A DNA stretch of 64,000 nt from an uncultured Pseudobdellovibrionaceae bacterium (GCA_963803705.1 CAWDNU010000003.1:224001-288000), one strand, 5' to 3'. Counted from the first letter of the stretch, positions 9,751-20,329 are shown. The notes: a model not told the origin generated them from the sequence alone. Numbers and translations are program-made.

Positions 9751-11655
9751 TTAATCCCGGATTTGATCTTTAACTGACAGGCCTATTTTAAAAAACATAC
9801 TGCGTGCTCTATTTTTGCTTATATCTTTCGGCCACTCAATTGTACTAGGACCCGCAAGATTTGGGTTGTAGGTGGAAGCAAGACTTCGACCAGTGGCTCG
9901 GGCGTAGGCTCGGGCTTGGGCAGCCGCTGTTGGTTTGTAGTTATCAGCGTTAAATGTTCTGGCTTTATCTTTAGACCTTTGCTCAGAGCCTGAAAGATCT
10001 AGGCCTCTGCGATTTGCTCTATCGTTACCAGCTGATCTAAATTTCCCCCCTCCGCCAGGTGACGCATTTTTACCAAACATAGTTTTATCTTTCTTGTTTT
10101 TGCCAAATAGTCGACTTAAAAGTCCCGGCTTATCTTTGGTTTTAGTACCACCGGCGTTACCTGATGAAGTTCCTAAACCGCCAGCTCCGCCGCCACCTAC
10201 TGGTGATCTAGGGAATTGTCCCTGGCTATTAGCAAAATTACCTCTAGAGGGTGGAGGAATAGCTTGTGGGAATTTTTGATTCGAAGAACTTCTATTAGGA
10301 TTATATGGGATTGTGCCTGTGGAAAGTTGAGTTCCACTACTGTTAGAGGACCTATAATTTTTGTTTGGACTGCCATATCTAGCGCTGGCTCCAGAGCTAT
10401 AACCATCTTCACCAAAGCTTCCACCTGACTTACCAAAAATAGACCCCAACTCGCTTAAAGACTTACCAAAGCCACCAGCTTGCCCGCCAAAACCCGAAGC
10501 CTTCGCCTGTACACTTTTGTCATTGTTGTTTGCGCTAGACTCTGTTGTGGCTCCAAAAGCTTTTGACTGTGCATCAGCCATCAATTGATCACCGCTTAAT
10601 CCTTTTGAGTCTGCAGCCTTACCATTATTTTCACTGCTGTTATCCGAATTTGAAATCGTGGCTGCATCACCACCAACTTGAGCCGCAGTCGTTTCGGGTC
10701 GCCTTTCAGGTCGCGAAGACATTGCGGTTGGACCGCTGGGGGTGCTGTTGGAATCTGATGAACAGGCACCGGTTGCAGCTTCTATGCCGCTACAATTGCT
10801 ACCCTCTCTTACATCCGAATTTGGCAAAAGAGAATTCAAAGTTTCCAAAGTTAATTCCGCTTGCCGTAAGTTTGTAACTGCGAAACTGGTTGTTTCAGTA
10901 AGTTGGGTGCCAGTGCTGCCGCCAATCCTTGATGTGACATAATATTCGTCTTTGATAATGTTTCTTTGCTGTCGAAGTTCTGGGGCGTCAAGTTTGCCTT
11001 CTACCTGCAGTTGAACCTCTGCTTCGGCATCCCCATAACTTATGCTTTCCATTGCACTGGTTCTAGCTACTAGCAGTTCCATGGATCTATTTTGGTAAAT
11101 AGCAACACTGTCGCCATCTGAGGTGGCTATTGGTTCAGTGCAAAAATCTGTAGCGTCAATAAATTTTGTTCGGCAAGTTTGATCTAAATTATCTAGGTCT
11201 CCCTGTAAGGTGGCTAAAGCATCGCTAGAGGATTTTAAAGCCGATACAAGTTTTTCAACTTTCAGCGCTAAGCCCGAAATATCGGTCCCATTTTGGGCTT
11301 CAATTTGTCCCATTTGATTGATACTGGCGATTTGGCCGAATTGCTCTTCCATTAATGTTTGAATATTTTCTATACCGACCTTAAGCGATCTGTATAGGTT
11401 AGTATTACATTGTCGTTTAAAACTATCAGAAGTCATGCGACAAGCATTAGTCTGATTGATGATAACTTGATTGGCCATGGCTTCAAACTTTTCTCGAGCT
11501 TGATCTCCTGCTAGCTCAGCAGCACTTTGCATATCACTAACTCCGCATGTGCTCTGTCCACCGGCTAAACATTCAACAGACTTTACGACCACGCTAGTAT
11601 TGTTAGCGAAAGTTTTTAAACAAAGTAGAAGTGGAATTAAAATAATAGTTTTCAT
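9751..11655 (-). CDS. Hypothetical secreted protein: Cys-containing helical N-half, Gly/Ser-rich low-complexity C-half
   Basis: Long ORF; probable start MKTIILIPLLLCLKTFA (signal peptide) at 11655. Confidence 0.75.
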   Translation of the reverse strand: MKTIILIPLLLCLKTFANNTSVVVKSVECLAGGQSTCGVSDMQSAAELAGDQAREKFEAMANQVIINQTNACRMTSDSFKRQCNTNLYRSLKVGIENIQTLMEEQFGQIASINQMGQIEAQNGTDISGLALKVEKLVSALKSSSDALATLQGDLDNLDQTCRTKFIDATDFCTEPIATSDGDSVAIYQNRSMELLVARTSAMESISYGDAEAEVQLQVEGKLDAPELRQQRNIIKDEYYVTSRIGGSTGTQLTETTSFAVTNLRQAELTLETLNSLLPNSDVREGSNCSGIEAATGACSSDSNSTPSGPTAMSSRPERRPETTAAQVGGDAATISNSDNSSENNGKAADSKGLSGDQLMADAQSKAFGATTESSANNNDKSVQAKASGFGGQAGGFGKSLSELGSIFGKSGGSFGEDGYSSGASARYGSPNKNYRSSNSSGTQLSTGTIPYNPNRSSSNQKFPQAIPPPSRGNFANSQGQFPRSPVGGGGAGGLGTSSGNAGGTKTKDKPGLLSRLFGKNKKDKTMFGKNASPGGGGKFRSAGNDRANRRGLDLSGSEQRSKDKARTFNADNYKPTAAAQARAYARATGRSLASTYNPNLAGPSTIEWPKDISKNRARSMFFKIGLSVKDQIRD

Positions 11656-11852
11656 ACTTAAATTATCGGCAAATTTGACAGAAGAACACAGACTTAAGGC
11701 CAAGGGTGACTCAGAATAATACGTTAATAGGTTATTGTGATGGAAGTGTTGCTTTAAGAATTTTTTTAATTTGCGGAATCGCTCCAAATAATTAAAGGTC
11801 AACAAAAAAATATACGTATCAAGTGATTTTATTTATGTAGTTTCTTATAAAA

Positions 11853-13124
11853 CTATATAGAGAGATCTTCTGTGTTCAGAAATCGAATCACGTTATCTAT
11901 TCTCAGACCAACGTTTCTCTCACTAATTTCATTGGGTGTCTTGCGGCTGCCAGGCCCTCCAGAATAAGGCCGTTCAGCAATATGAATTCCAGACAACACC
12001 ATTTTACCATCAACCAGTTGTGTAATACTGGAAGAGCTTGAAGAGTACGAGGTATCACATAAGTGGTATATAGTTTTCAGAGCAGTTTCATAGCTACATC
12101 TCTCAAAAGATGAAAAGTTACCCGCTTTAAAGTCTTTATTAAATCCAATTAAGTAGTTTGAGCCTCTGACAGCATTCGAGGATTGAGGCTGAAGACTCAT
12201 GGAACCACGTCTAGCTCCGTTAGGAAGCTGGTCATTACTAATTTTTTCACTTAAAATAAAAATTAAAAAATCATTTTGTCTTGTAAGTTTTGATACACCG
12301 GCAACATTTTTCAAATTCAGAGGGTCACCCTCAGTGCTAACAGTGCGTAGAACAAAATCAGAATAAGCTCGGCCATCATCGATATGAAAATTTACATTTG
12401 GCAGGTATTTCATGCTAGACAAATCACACATGGGCTGACCAGTTCTCTCATCTAAAAAAGAATGAGCTGAGGTAATTACGGCGTCTCTTCCGTCCGGCAG
12501 TTGAATAAGCGTGGCATTAGTTCCACCACCTTTGCAAGCCAGTCTCCCAGTTTGAGCAGATGCTCTCAAGATTGCTCTTTCTTCTTCTGTTAGATCAGTT
12601 GGGTTTTTACGTCTTAGATCACTTACTGCGCGACGGTTGTCCTCATCGAATATAGCCACATTGTGCACCCGAGCAAACCCCTCTTTCACAATTGGCATTT
12701 GGGCTAAATGTTGAGCTAATGATGATTGAGGCGAGCGTACTCTACAGCCCATACAAGTAGAGGCCTCGGTGTTGCTTGCGCTTGGACTGATCGAGCGACT
12801 TGTAAGATCGGGATTACGAGGCAGACTACTGATGGCCTCGGATTTTAGATTAAATCCAATGGACATTAAAAGAATCAGACTCAATTTCTCGAAGAACTTT
12901 TGATTTAATGACTTTGGTAGGTACTGGCTCAAGGGTGATTTTAGAGTGTAAGTCGGGAAATTTGAAAACCCTAAAGTCTTAAAATAATTGGTTTTGATCT
13001 GGCTTTTACCACCGCTACCTAATTCAGTGATCTTTTTTTGAATCGCTAGATCCATGATTTTTTGAAGCTGTTCTTGGTTGATCATTTTTTTTGAGTTCAT
13101 GGTAAAGTCCTGATTAAGTTTCAA
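11853..13124 (-). CDS. Trypsin-like (V8-type) serine protease-fold protein with a degenerate nucleophile loop
   Basis: VITSAHS (His), NDFLIF (Asp), CDTSYSSSSSS in place of CDTxxGxSGSP, then SGIH; start uncertain. Confidence 0.6.
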   Translation of the reverse strand: MKLNQDFTMNSKKMINQEQLQKIMDLAIQKKITELGSGGKSQIKTNYFKTLGFSNFPTYTLKSPLSQYLPKSLNQKFFEKLSLILLMSIGFNLKSEAISSLPRNPDLTSRSISPSASNTEASTCMGCRVRSPQSSLAQHLAQMPIVKEGFARVHNVAIFDEDNRRAVSDLRRKNPTDLTEEERAILRASAQTGRLACKGGGTNATLIQLPDGRDAVITSAHSFLDERTGQPMCDLSSMKYLPNVNFHIDDGRAYSDFVLRTVSTEGDPLNLKNVAGVSKLTRQNDFLIFILSEKISNDQLPNGARRGSMSLQPQSSNAVRGSNYLIGFNKDFKAGNFSSFERCSYETALKTIYHLCDTSYSSSSSSITQLVDGKMVLSGIHIAERPYSGGPGSRKTPNEISERNVGLRIDNVIRFLNTEDLSI

Positions 13125-13275
13125 ATTAATTAAGTCCGTAATCTATACTAACCTGATACAATATACATGCCCAAAAAGTAAGTCCATAAATGACTGAATT
13201 TATTGAAGAATTTATAGTTATTTCATAATAATACGCTTATATATTAGACGCCCGCAGGAAAAACTATACAGCAGT

Positions 13276-13334
13276 ATGGCTTTGAGCACTTTGTACTTAC
13301 CAAGCGATTCTGTCCTTCCATAGTTCCCAAGGGA
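13276..13334 (+). repeat. Copy 1 of a ~60-bp imperfect direct repeat
   Basis: 51 of 60 aligned positions identical to 15493-15552. Confidence 0.85.
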
Positions 13335-13404
13335 AAGTGACCGCAGAGATGTAACCATCTGATACGATTTTGTTCTTAAATCGAAATTAGGAGGGGCATC
13401 AAGG

Positions 13405-14542
13405 ATGGGGTTTATATTGAGAGCAAGAGATCAATTAAAAATTGAGATTATGTTTAAAGTATCAAAAGGTGAAATTAGAACTATTGATGCATGTTCAATT
13501 TTAAAAGTTTCAGATCGTACTTTGAGGCGATATCTAAAGTCTTTCAGAGAAAAAGGCATTTATTTTATTAAGCACGGCAACTGTGGCAATATTCCTCGAA
13601 ACAAAATTCCTGAACCTATAAAGCTTCATACTCAAGCTTTAATCAAACAGCGCTATTTTGATTTTAATATGAGCCATTTAAGAGAAAAATTAATTGAAGA
13701 GTTTAACATCACCATCAAATACGAAACCTTAAGAAAATGGTGCCACGAGATCGGTTATGTCAAACATGCCCAAAAAAGAAGGACTAAGCCAAAGTACTAT
13801 CGCCAGAGAATGAGCCAGAAGGGCCTGCTGCTTCAAATGGATGGCAGTCACCACAAATGGTTTTCAGACCGTACAACGTGCCTTATGGCGGTCATAGATG
13901 ACGCCACCAATGAAGTCTATGCCAGATTTTATGACGGTGAGACCACAGTTGCTTGTATGGATTTTTTAAAACGCCACATTGAAAAGTATGGTGTTTGCAC
14001 GTCGTACTATACGGATAAAGCCGGGCTATTTGGTGGCATTAAACGAAGCAACTTTTCACAAGTAGAACGTGCATTGGGTGAAGTGGGCAGCCAAGTTATA
14101 TATGCGCATACGCCGGAAGCTAAGGGCCGTGTTGAAAGGTTATTTAAAACTTTACAAGATAGGCTCATTCCAGAGCTAAGGCTTAAAGGAATTAGAACCA
14201 TGAAAGAAGCCAATTATTTTTTAGAAACCACGTATCTGCAATATCATCATAATCAAAAATATATGGTTGAAGCCCACAACCCTTTGAGTGCCTATAAAAG
14301 TCTGGCAGGTCAAATTGATTTAAACGATGTGTTTTGTCTTAAAGAATTTAGGGTCGTCGGCAGAGACCACACGGTGAGTATTAATGGCGTTAGATATTTT
14401 ATTGCCGATGAGTTGAGGCACTCCATTTACAAACAAAAGCTTGAAATTAGATTTAATAAGTGGGGGTGACTTTAAAGCCTACTTTGCCAATAAAGACATT
14501 AAGCTTGTTAGGATAATCAAAGCTCAAAAAATTACGGCGTAA
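13405..14542 (+). mobile_element. ISNCY/IS1202-type DDE transposase with a probable C-terminal frameshift
   Basis: N-terminal HTH, HGNCG, LLQMDGSHHKWF, VIDDAT, YTDK, AKGRVERLFKTLQDRL; the ORF stops at 14469 after a G5 run but continues in the +1 frame to TAA at 14542; IS ends not identified. Confidence 0.88.
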
Positions 14543-14598
14543 AAACTAAAAGCTTCAAATACATAGATTAAAAGGCAAGCTTAACTGAGTGGCTTTAA

Positions 14599-14643
14599 AG
14601 TTTTTAATAAGCGTTGTTGCGGTCAACAACGCCTATTAAAACT
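14599..14643. other. ~20-bp hairpin downstream of the transposase
   Basis: TTTTAATAAGCGTTGTTG-CGGT-CAACAACGCCTATTAAAA. Confidence 0.75.
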
Positions 14644-14769
14644 AAAATCTTTTGGATCAATGACAAGGGAATTGTCGATGGTGGCGGCCTTGGATCTAGA
14701 CGGTCTTTGTAATATTTAGTATTTATTAAAAAGTAATGGTACTATTCGACTTGTTCTAATCAAACTTAA

Positions 14770-15207
14770 TTATACTCCTAAATACCCACAATCTAAATTT
14801 ACTGATTTGAAAAGCTCAAGTTTGTATGGTTGCAGTAAATGAAAAATATCATTCCAGTGAGTTCCTTTAGAAAATTCGAAATGTATCAACGAACGAACCT
14901 CTACAGAAGAATTGGAAACTACTTCAAAAGCGCACTCATTTCTGTAACCAGTTACCTTGTTTTGGTACACAAATTTTCCCGATCTTTCCAATTCCAGCGA
15001 AGAAATGTGTGTCAATGCTAAAAAACATTTTTCTTCATTTACGATTTCATTCGGACTGTTAAATAATTCATTATGACCAACCTTAAAAACTACTTCGGTG
15101 TGCTCAAAAGCCGGTCCGTAAACAGCGAAACAAGGAAAATCTTCATTTGTCTCTGCTTGCGCATTTATAAAAATCATTAAAAAGAATAAAAAAAACACAT
15201 TTTTCAC
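14770..15207 (-). CDS. Hypothetical secreted protein
   Basis: AAGGA RBS, GTG start, signal peptide ending AQA, 4 Cys. Confidence 0.7.
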   Translation of the reverse strand: MKNVFFLFFLMIFINAQAETNEDFPCFAVYGPAFEHTEVVFKVGHNELFNSPNEIVNEEKCFLALTHISSLELERSGKFVYQNKVTGYRNECAFEVVSNSSVEVRSLIHFEFSKGTHWNDIFHLLQPYKLELFKSVNLDCGYLGV

Positions 15208-15492
15208 GAAAGTCCTTTATTTTGTATATAGATAAATCCTTTGATTTAATTTGCAAAACCGAAGCCATTTTTTTGATAAAACCCAATGCTTTAAACCCAT
15301 TTAAACTAGCAAAGACACATTGAAACTGACTAAGAATTAGTTTTCAAGGCCGCAAAATGTCACTCGTAAAATCAAGCATTTTAAGCAGGGCTCTTAATTA
15401 TCTTGTTCCGCACTCAAAAAATGAGGCTATGACGCCGATAGGCTGTCAGAATCATTTGGTACTAATTAGGTCAATTTGCCCTGGGAAAGACA

Positions 15493-15552
15493 ATGGCTTT
15501 GAGCACTTTTGTAATTACAAAGCGATTCTGTCATCGGTTAATTCCCAAGGGA
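15493..15552 (+). repeat. Copy 2 of the ~60-bp imperfect direct repeat
   Basis: Matches 13276-13334. Confidence 0.85.
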
Positions 15553-16004
15553 TCTTAGCAACATATATGTGTAGCCACAGCCTATTGGTAGTTTTACTAT
15601 TTTTCCAAAAAAAAGTGTCAGTGGAATAAAAGATGATGAAACTGTTGTTGAAATCCGTGACATAACCATGTCTAGTTCGTACAGCTTTTTTTTCAAAAGG
15701 TAGGGTAATTGTCAGAACTAAAAGAATACTGGTACGGCAAAGGCCTATAGCAGTGGTGTCATCATCGACAACGAAATAGGCTAACAGTGAAAGAAATTAA
15801 ACCGTTAAGCCGAAATCTGAAACCATTTTAGATTTTTTATATCTGCTTACTTATTAGTCCTAATCTGGACTTATCTTAGCTAATTCGGTTTCAAGTGTAG
15901 AGCTTATCAAAAATTCGTGTTGACCAAAAATGTAGCTAGTCTTCGTAACTGGGATCACCTGTATTTTTTTATTTTATGGTCACTATGTGCCTATTAAAAT
16001 TTAT

Positions 16005-16472
16005 TTATGCAAGTAAGCTTCTTAGCATCCAAGCTGTTTTTTCGTGCAACTGAATTCTCTGGGTGAGTAAATCTGCTGTAGCCTCGTCATTTGCAGAATC
16101 TGCTACTGCAAATATACTTCTTGCAGTCTTGATGACAGACTCTTGAGATTTAACCAAATCACTTATCATCTCCGTAGCCACTACATCACCAACAGCTTCC
16201 TTCACAGTGCTAAGGTTCGCAAATTCAGTGTAAGAGCCCGGCGCTTTTTCACCTAAAGCACGTATACGCTCTGCGATATCATCTACAGCAATAGCAAGTT
16301 CAGTATATTGAGTTTCAAACATTAGGTGCAATGTCTGAAACATTGGGCCCTGAACATTCCAGTGATAATTATGAGTCTTTAAATATAAAGTGTACGAATC
16401 AGCAAGTAAACCAGCTAATCCATCTGCAATGCTTTTACGCTTTGATTCTTCAATACCAATATCAATTTTCAT
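16005..16472 (-). CDS. dps: DNA starvation/stationary phase protection protein Dps
   Basis: LYLKTHNYHWNVQGPMFQTLH, DDIAERIRALG, HEKTAWMLRS. Confidence 0.96.
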   Translation of the reverse strand: MKIDIGIEESKRKSIADGLAGLLADSYTLYLKTHNYHWNVQGPMFQTLHLMFETQYTELAIAVDDIAERIRALGEKAPGSYTEFANLSTVKEAVGDVVATEMISDLVKSQESVIKTARSIFAVADSANDEATADLLTQRIQLHEKTAWMLRSLLA

Positions 16473-16895
16473 AAGTTTCTCCTTACAACCCTAGTTTAAT
16501 AATTTAAGTGCTGCTCTTTTCAAAAAGCTTTTAAATTCCTTTTTAACATAACTTATAACATCCGTAAGAGCTAGAACCTAACATGCACTCGGATTGCAAT
16601 TAAATCCTAGAGCGTGTTGGCAATTATATATGTTCAATATTTCCAATATTAGTTTTAATACTTTTCATTTCCTAAATATTCGTTTCGTATTCGCTTTCGC
16701 TTAGATAGAATCAGTATAAATTCCAGTAGCTTAATTCGAAATACTTATAAATTGTCGAGGCCTATTACTATTCAAATTTTAAGTTCTCATGACACCAGCA
16801 GCTAAAGCACCGCGATGCCCAAGTTGTAGGCCTGAGAGATATAAAGTGATAGAAAATCTTTGAACTTAATCCTTATAGTGTGCGGAAAACCATTT

Positions 16896-17756
16896 ATGAT
16901 CAAATATATTATTTACTTTCCTTTTTATATTTGCCCAAGATTTTTAAAAAGGTTTATATCTTGGTTCATAACTTTTGTTTGGTTTTACCTGATTCGAAAT
17001 AGAAAAAAGCTTATGATGAGTCAGTTGAAAACATCATTTCCTAACAAAAGTGGCAAGTGGTATGACAAGGTTGTTTTTGAATCATTCTACAATCTAATCC
17101 TAGTTATCTTTGAATACTCTTACTTCGTCTATAGCCCTAAAAAGGTTTTGAAGTACTGCAAACTTAAAAACACCGAACATCTAGATAGAGCTTTGGCCGA
17201 AAACCAAGGTGTTTACATAATGGCGTTTCATTCTGGCAACGGCGAGCTTGCCTTGTTTAGAACTTGTCTGGAAGGCTATAAGTTAAATTTAATAGCTAAA
17301 AGAATTGGAGTTAAACTTTTAGATCAGTTGATTTTTGACTCTAGGGAGCTTAGCGGACTTAAACACATAGCTCCAAAAAAATCCTTATCTCCTATTTTGG
17401 AAGCGCTAAATAAAAACGAATGTGTGGTGTTTGTTCAAGATCAATTCACTTATCCCCCCCGAGGCATTGAGAGCACATTCATCAACCAACCCGCTTACAC
17501 CAACTCGTCATTAGCTTTATTTGCACAAAAGCGCGGCCGCAAAGTGATTCCAGCGAATGTTTACCGTGAAGGGGACAGAAATATTGTGGACTTTCATCCG
17601 CCTCTAATTTTTGAAGAAGGTATGGCAGTGGCGCAGTTCACTCAAAAATGTAACGATTGGATGACAGCCAGGGTGAACGAGCGGCCTAGCATGTGGATGT
17701 GGATCCATGCGCGGTGGAAAATGCAACCACCAAAATCCACAGCACTTAAATCTTAA
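16896..17756 (+). CDS. Lipid A late acyltransferase (LpxL/HtrB family)
   Basis: HSGNGE (HxxNxE-like), FVQDQ, RPSMWMWIHARWK. Confidence 0.85.
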   Translation: MIKYIIYFPFYICPRFLKRFISWFITFVWFYLIRNRKKLMMSQLKTSFPNKSGKWYDKVVFESFYNLILVIFEYSYFVYSPKKVLKYCKLKNTEHLDRALAENQGVYIMAFHSGNGELALFRTCLEGYKLNLIAKRIGVKLLDQLIFDSRELSGLKHIAPKKSLSPILEALNKNECVVFVQDQFTYPPRGIESTFINQPAYTNSSLALFAQKRGRKVIPANVYREGDRNIVDFHPPLIFEEGMAVAQFTQKCNDWMTARVNERPSMWMWIHARWKMQPPKSTALKS

Positions 17757-17759
17757 TAA

Positions 17760-19494
17760 TTAGTTGGCGTAATAACAAGAACTTTGCTCTAAGGTTATTA
17801 AATCGTAGGTTGAATATTCACCGTTCCTAATAAGAGCCAGTTTTGGTCCAATGGGGTCAACTATTGTGCTTGGACTTTCTTTGATTTGGTCTCTATAAAC
17901 GGTGTTTTGCGTGCTCAATTGTAAATGAGAAAAATAGGTATCTATGGCAAACTGGTCATCTGTTTCGGCGGTCTTTGAAATCTTTTGGGTGTAAAATAAA
18001 TATTCATAAAAATAATTAGATTTTGAAGTTTGCAAAGTATGGCTTAAAAGTAAATCCTGAGGAAATTTCTCTAATTGTCCTTGGTTAAGATATTCAACCT
18101 TTAATGAATCTTGGTCAGAACCTTTGGCAATAGCTTGCAGCCTAAAACCAGATTCGGCAGTAGTCTGCGGGTCATCAGAATTTGGTAAACCAAAATCACA
18201 GGCAAAGTTCTTATCTAAAAACACCTTAACCAGGACTTCATGACCTGCGGGTATCATCATTGCCGATACGGGCTCGTCGTCTAACATAAACTCAAGTGAC
18301 GATTCAAAACTTTGATCGACTTGTTCTAACTGAAGACCGGCCAATTCAACTTTGTCTCCGTTTCGTTTTCCGAAATCTGAACGCTGCATTTTGGTGATTA
18401 ATGGGCTTTGAATGGCAGCAATAGAATTTTGATCAGGAAGGTGTAAGCGCAGATCTTTTTTAGATAGATTTTTAAACTGAATGCTGAAAACATGAGTTTT
18501 TACATCTAAATAGTCTCCCAAATTGTAGGGATATGATCTATCTAGTTCAGGATTTAAGAAAGTTGTGGCTTCAATAACCGGGCGGTCGAAAACCACATTG
18601 AAATATTCTGACCAAGCCACGCGTCTATTGCTAACTTTATCGTTGTTGGCTTGAGTTGATTTTGGCTTTAAAATAGTTAAGGCTCTACATTTTTTTAAAA
18701 ACGAAACATTATTTGCTACAAATAACTTATCTCTAAGTTTGGAGTTTAAATCACTATTAAGCTCACTGTTTTCGTGATCTAAAAGATAAGTATTTCTGTC
18801 TCCCAAGCATTTTATTTTTACTTCTGATATTTCAAATCCCGCTAAATCTGATTCGAGCATATACTCGAACGAACGGTTGTCATCAATTTCAAGGCTTGGA
18901 AAACCCGTTATATCTAAGGGGTTTCTATTTGAGATCGAAAGTTTACCCGGACTTTTTGAAGCATTCGAAAATGTAAACACATTAAGTTCATTCTGTGAAT
19001 GAGTGTTGATGGGTAGGCTTGCAAGAGTAAATTCATGGGAAGAGTCGATTTTATTTCCAGCGACAACTTTTAGATCACACCTGTAGTCACTCGAGCTATT
19101 TTTATAACCCGGTTCAAAAATCATGGATTCTGGCAAAAGGTCGTACATGTAAACTTTGTTTTCAGAACTGAGTTTAAAATCTTTTTTAGCAGCAATGGGT
19201 TTGCTGCTCTCAGAATTGGAGCAGTTAAGTTCTGCGGAAAAACGAATATCAGCACCAATGGCACCAAATTGAATATATGATTTATAGTCTAGGCTGCCGT
19301 TGATTTGGTCAGATTCAAAGTTGGACACTGAATTCTCTAGAGCAAGATTAGAGGCTTCTGGAGCTGTGTCCCAAGGCAAAGATCATTGGCTCTTGAAGGT
19401 CCCAATAGTCTTTAGGCGCGTTCTTAGATTCGCACCCAATTAAAATGCTGCCTACTAGAGCTAGCATAATTAGAAACAGACTTAGATAACGCAT
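17760..19494 (-). CDS. Large hypothetical lipoprotein, apparently frameshifted near the N-terminus
   Basis: 539-aa ORF 17760-19379 has no signal peptide; an out-of-frame upstream ATG at 19494 encodes MRYLSLFLIMLALVGSILIG-C (lipobox). Confidence 0.65.
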
Positions 19495-19899
19495 GTAAAC
19501 TTCCTTTTAGTTTCAGATAAAAAATTAAATGCTCGATTGAGATTAGCACTCGTTCAAGCAAGTAGCTAAGGTTAGCAAGCCTTTTAAATTCCTAAACTAA
19601 GGCAAAGGTGCTAACCATTTCTCACATGTCCGAATTTAGAGCAATCTTAGTTACATTCATAGTTTTGCTCAACCATTGGAAAATTTTACAGAACTGTACA
19701 AACTTTGTAGGCACTGCAAATGCCGAATTACTCGCTGACATAACCTAGATCGTGATCCGATATGTTGTTAAAACGGTTTAATGTTCTAAAATCTCATTGG
19801 GCAGGCAGATTGCCTCAAACCCGAACTATAATAATAAATGACTATTTCAAATTTTATATCAGGTACAATATTATTAAATTTTTCCTATTTTTTAGTGAT

Positions 19900-20202
19900 T
19901 CACTTCTTTTTAAATAAAGCTTCAGCTTGCGACATCAAATTTTTTTCAGGATCAGAAATAAACTTTTTATCACCCTCACTACTTTGCGGAGTGAAAAACT
20001 CGCAATAATTAGCCTTTTGCTTGTCTAGAAAGCGGTCCGCCATGGGCTCTGTGCATTCGTTGTAAACTTTTGGATTGTAGTGTTGGCATTGAACACAGCT
20101 ATGAAGGTCGTGGCCACAGTATTCACAGTCTTCACGAAAGCCAATTTTGTCACTTAAACTAAGTTTTTTTTTACAATCGAAACATTGGATTTCCATACTC
20201 AT
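19900..20202 (-). CDS. Small Cys-rich putative zinc-binding protein
   Basis: CxxC, CxxC, HSCxxC, ECTEP, NYCEFF pattern. Confidence 0.75.
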   Translation of the reverse strand: MSMEIQCFDCKKKLSLSDKIGFREDCEYCGHDLHSCVQCQHYNPKVYNECTEPMADRFLDKQKANYCEFFTPQSSEGDKKFISDPEKNLMSQAEALFKKK

Positions 20203-20214
20203 AGATTGCCATAA

Positions 20215-20313
20215 AGGTGCCAGGTTCCGAACGCTTGCAGCGATGCAACAAGCATTTGAAACCTGGCACCTGAAAAGAAATGGTACCTGAAAAGCATTCG
20301 GAACCTGGCACCT
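20215..20313. repeat. REP/REPIN-like cluster: three copies of GGTGCCAGGTTCCGAA(T/C)GCT (one +, two -)
   Basis: Copies at 20215-20237 (+), 20249-20271 (-), 20292-20313 (-); same motif at 41107-41161. Confidence 0.85.
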
Positions 20314-20329
20314 AAATGTGGGCGAGTTT

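Noticed and set aside
14467..14469. TGA read-through or alternative genetic code in the transposase
   Set aside because: The continuation is in a different frame, and TGA is a normal stop in many genes here (lpdA, msrA, purN).
15357..15629. 90-aa ORF spanning the second direct repeat
   Set aside because: No RBS or recognisable motif; at best a remnant, so reported only as a repeat.
16541..16568. dif/xrs-like site (minus strand CTTACGGATGT-TATAAG-TTATGTTAAAA), of interest because some IS1202 elements target xrs sites
   Set aside because: The XerD arm matches well but the XerC arm lacks the inner ATAA, and the site is about 2 kb from the transposase; a chance match is plausible in AT-rich DNA.
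19570..19617. Short imperfect inverted repeat GGTTAGCA...TGCTAACC
   Set aside because: Single, short and without the family core motifs; not distinguishable from an ordinary hairpin.
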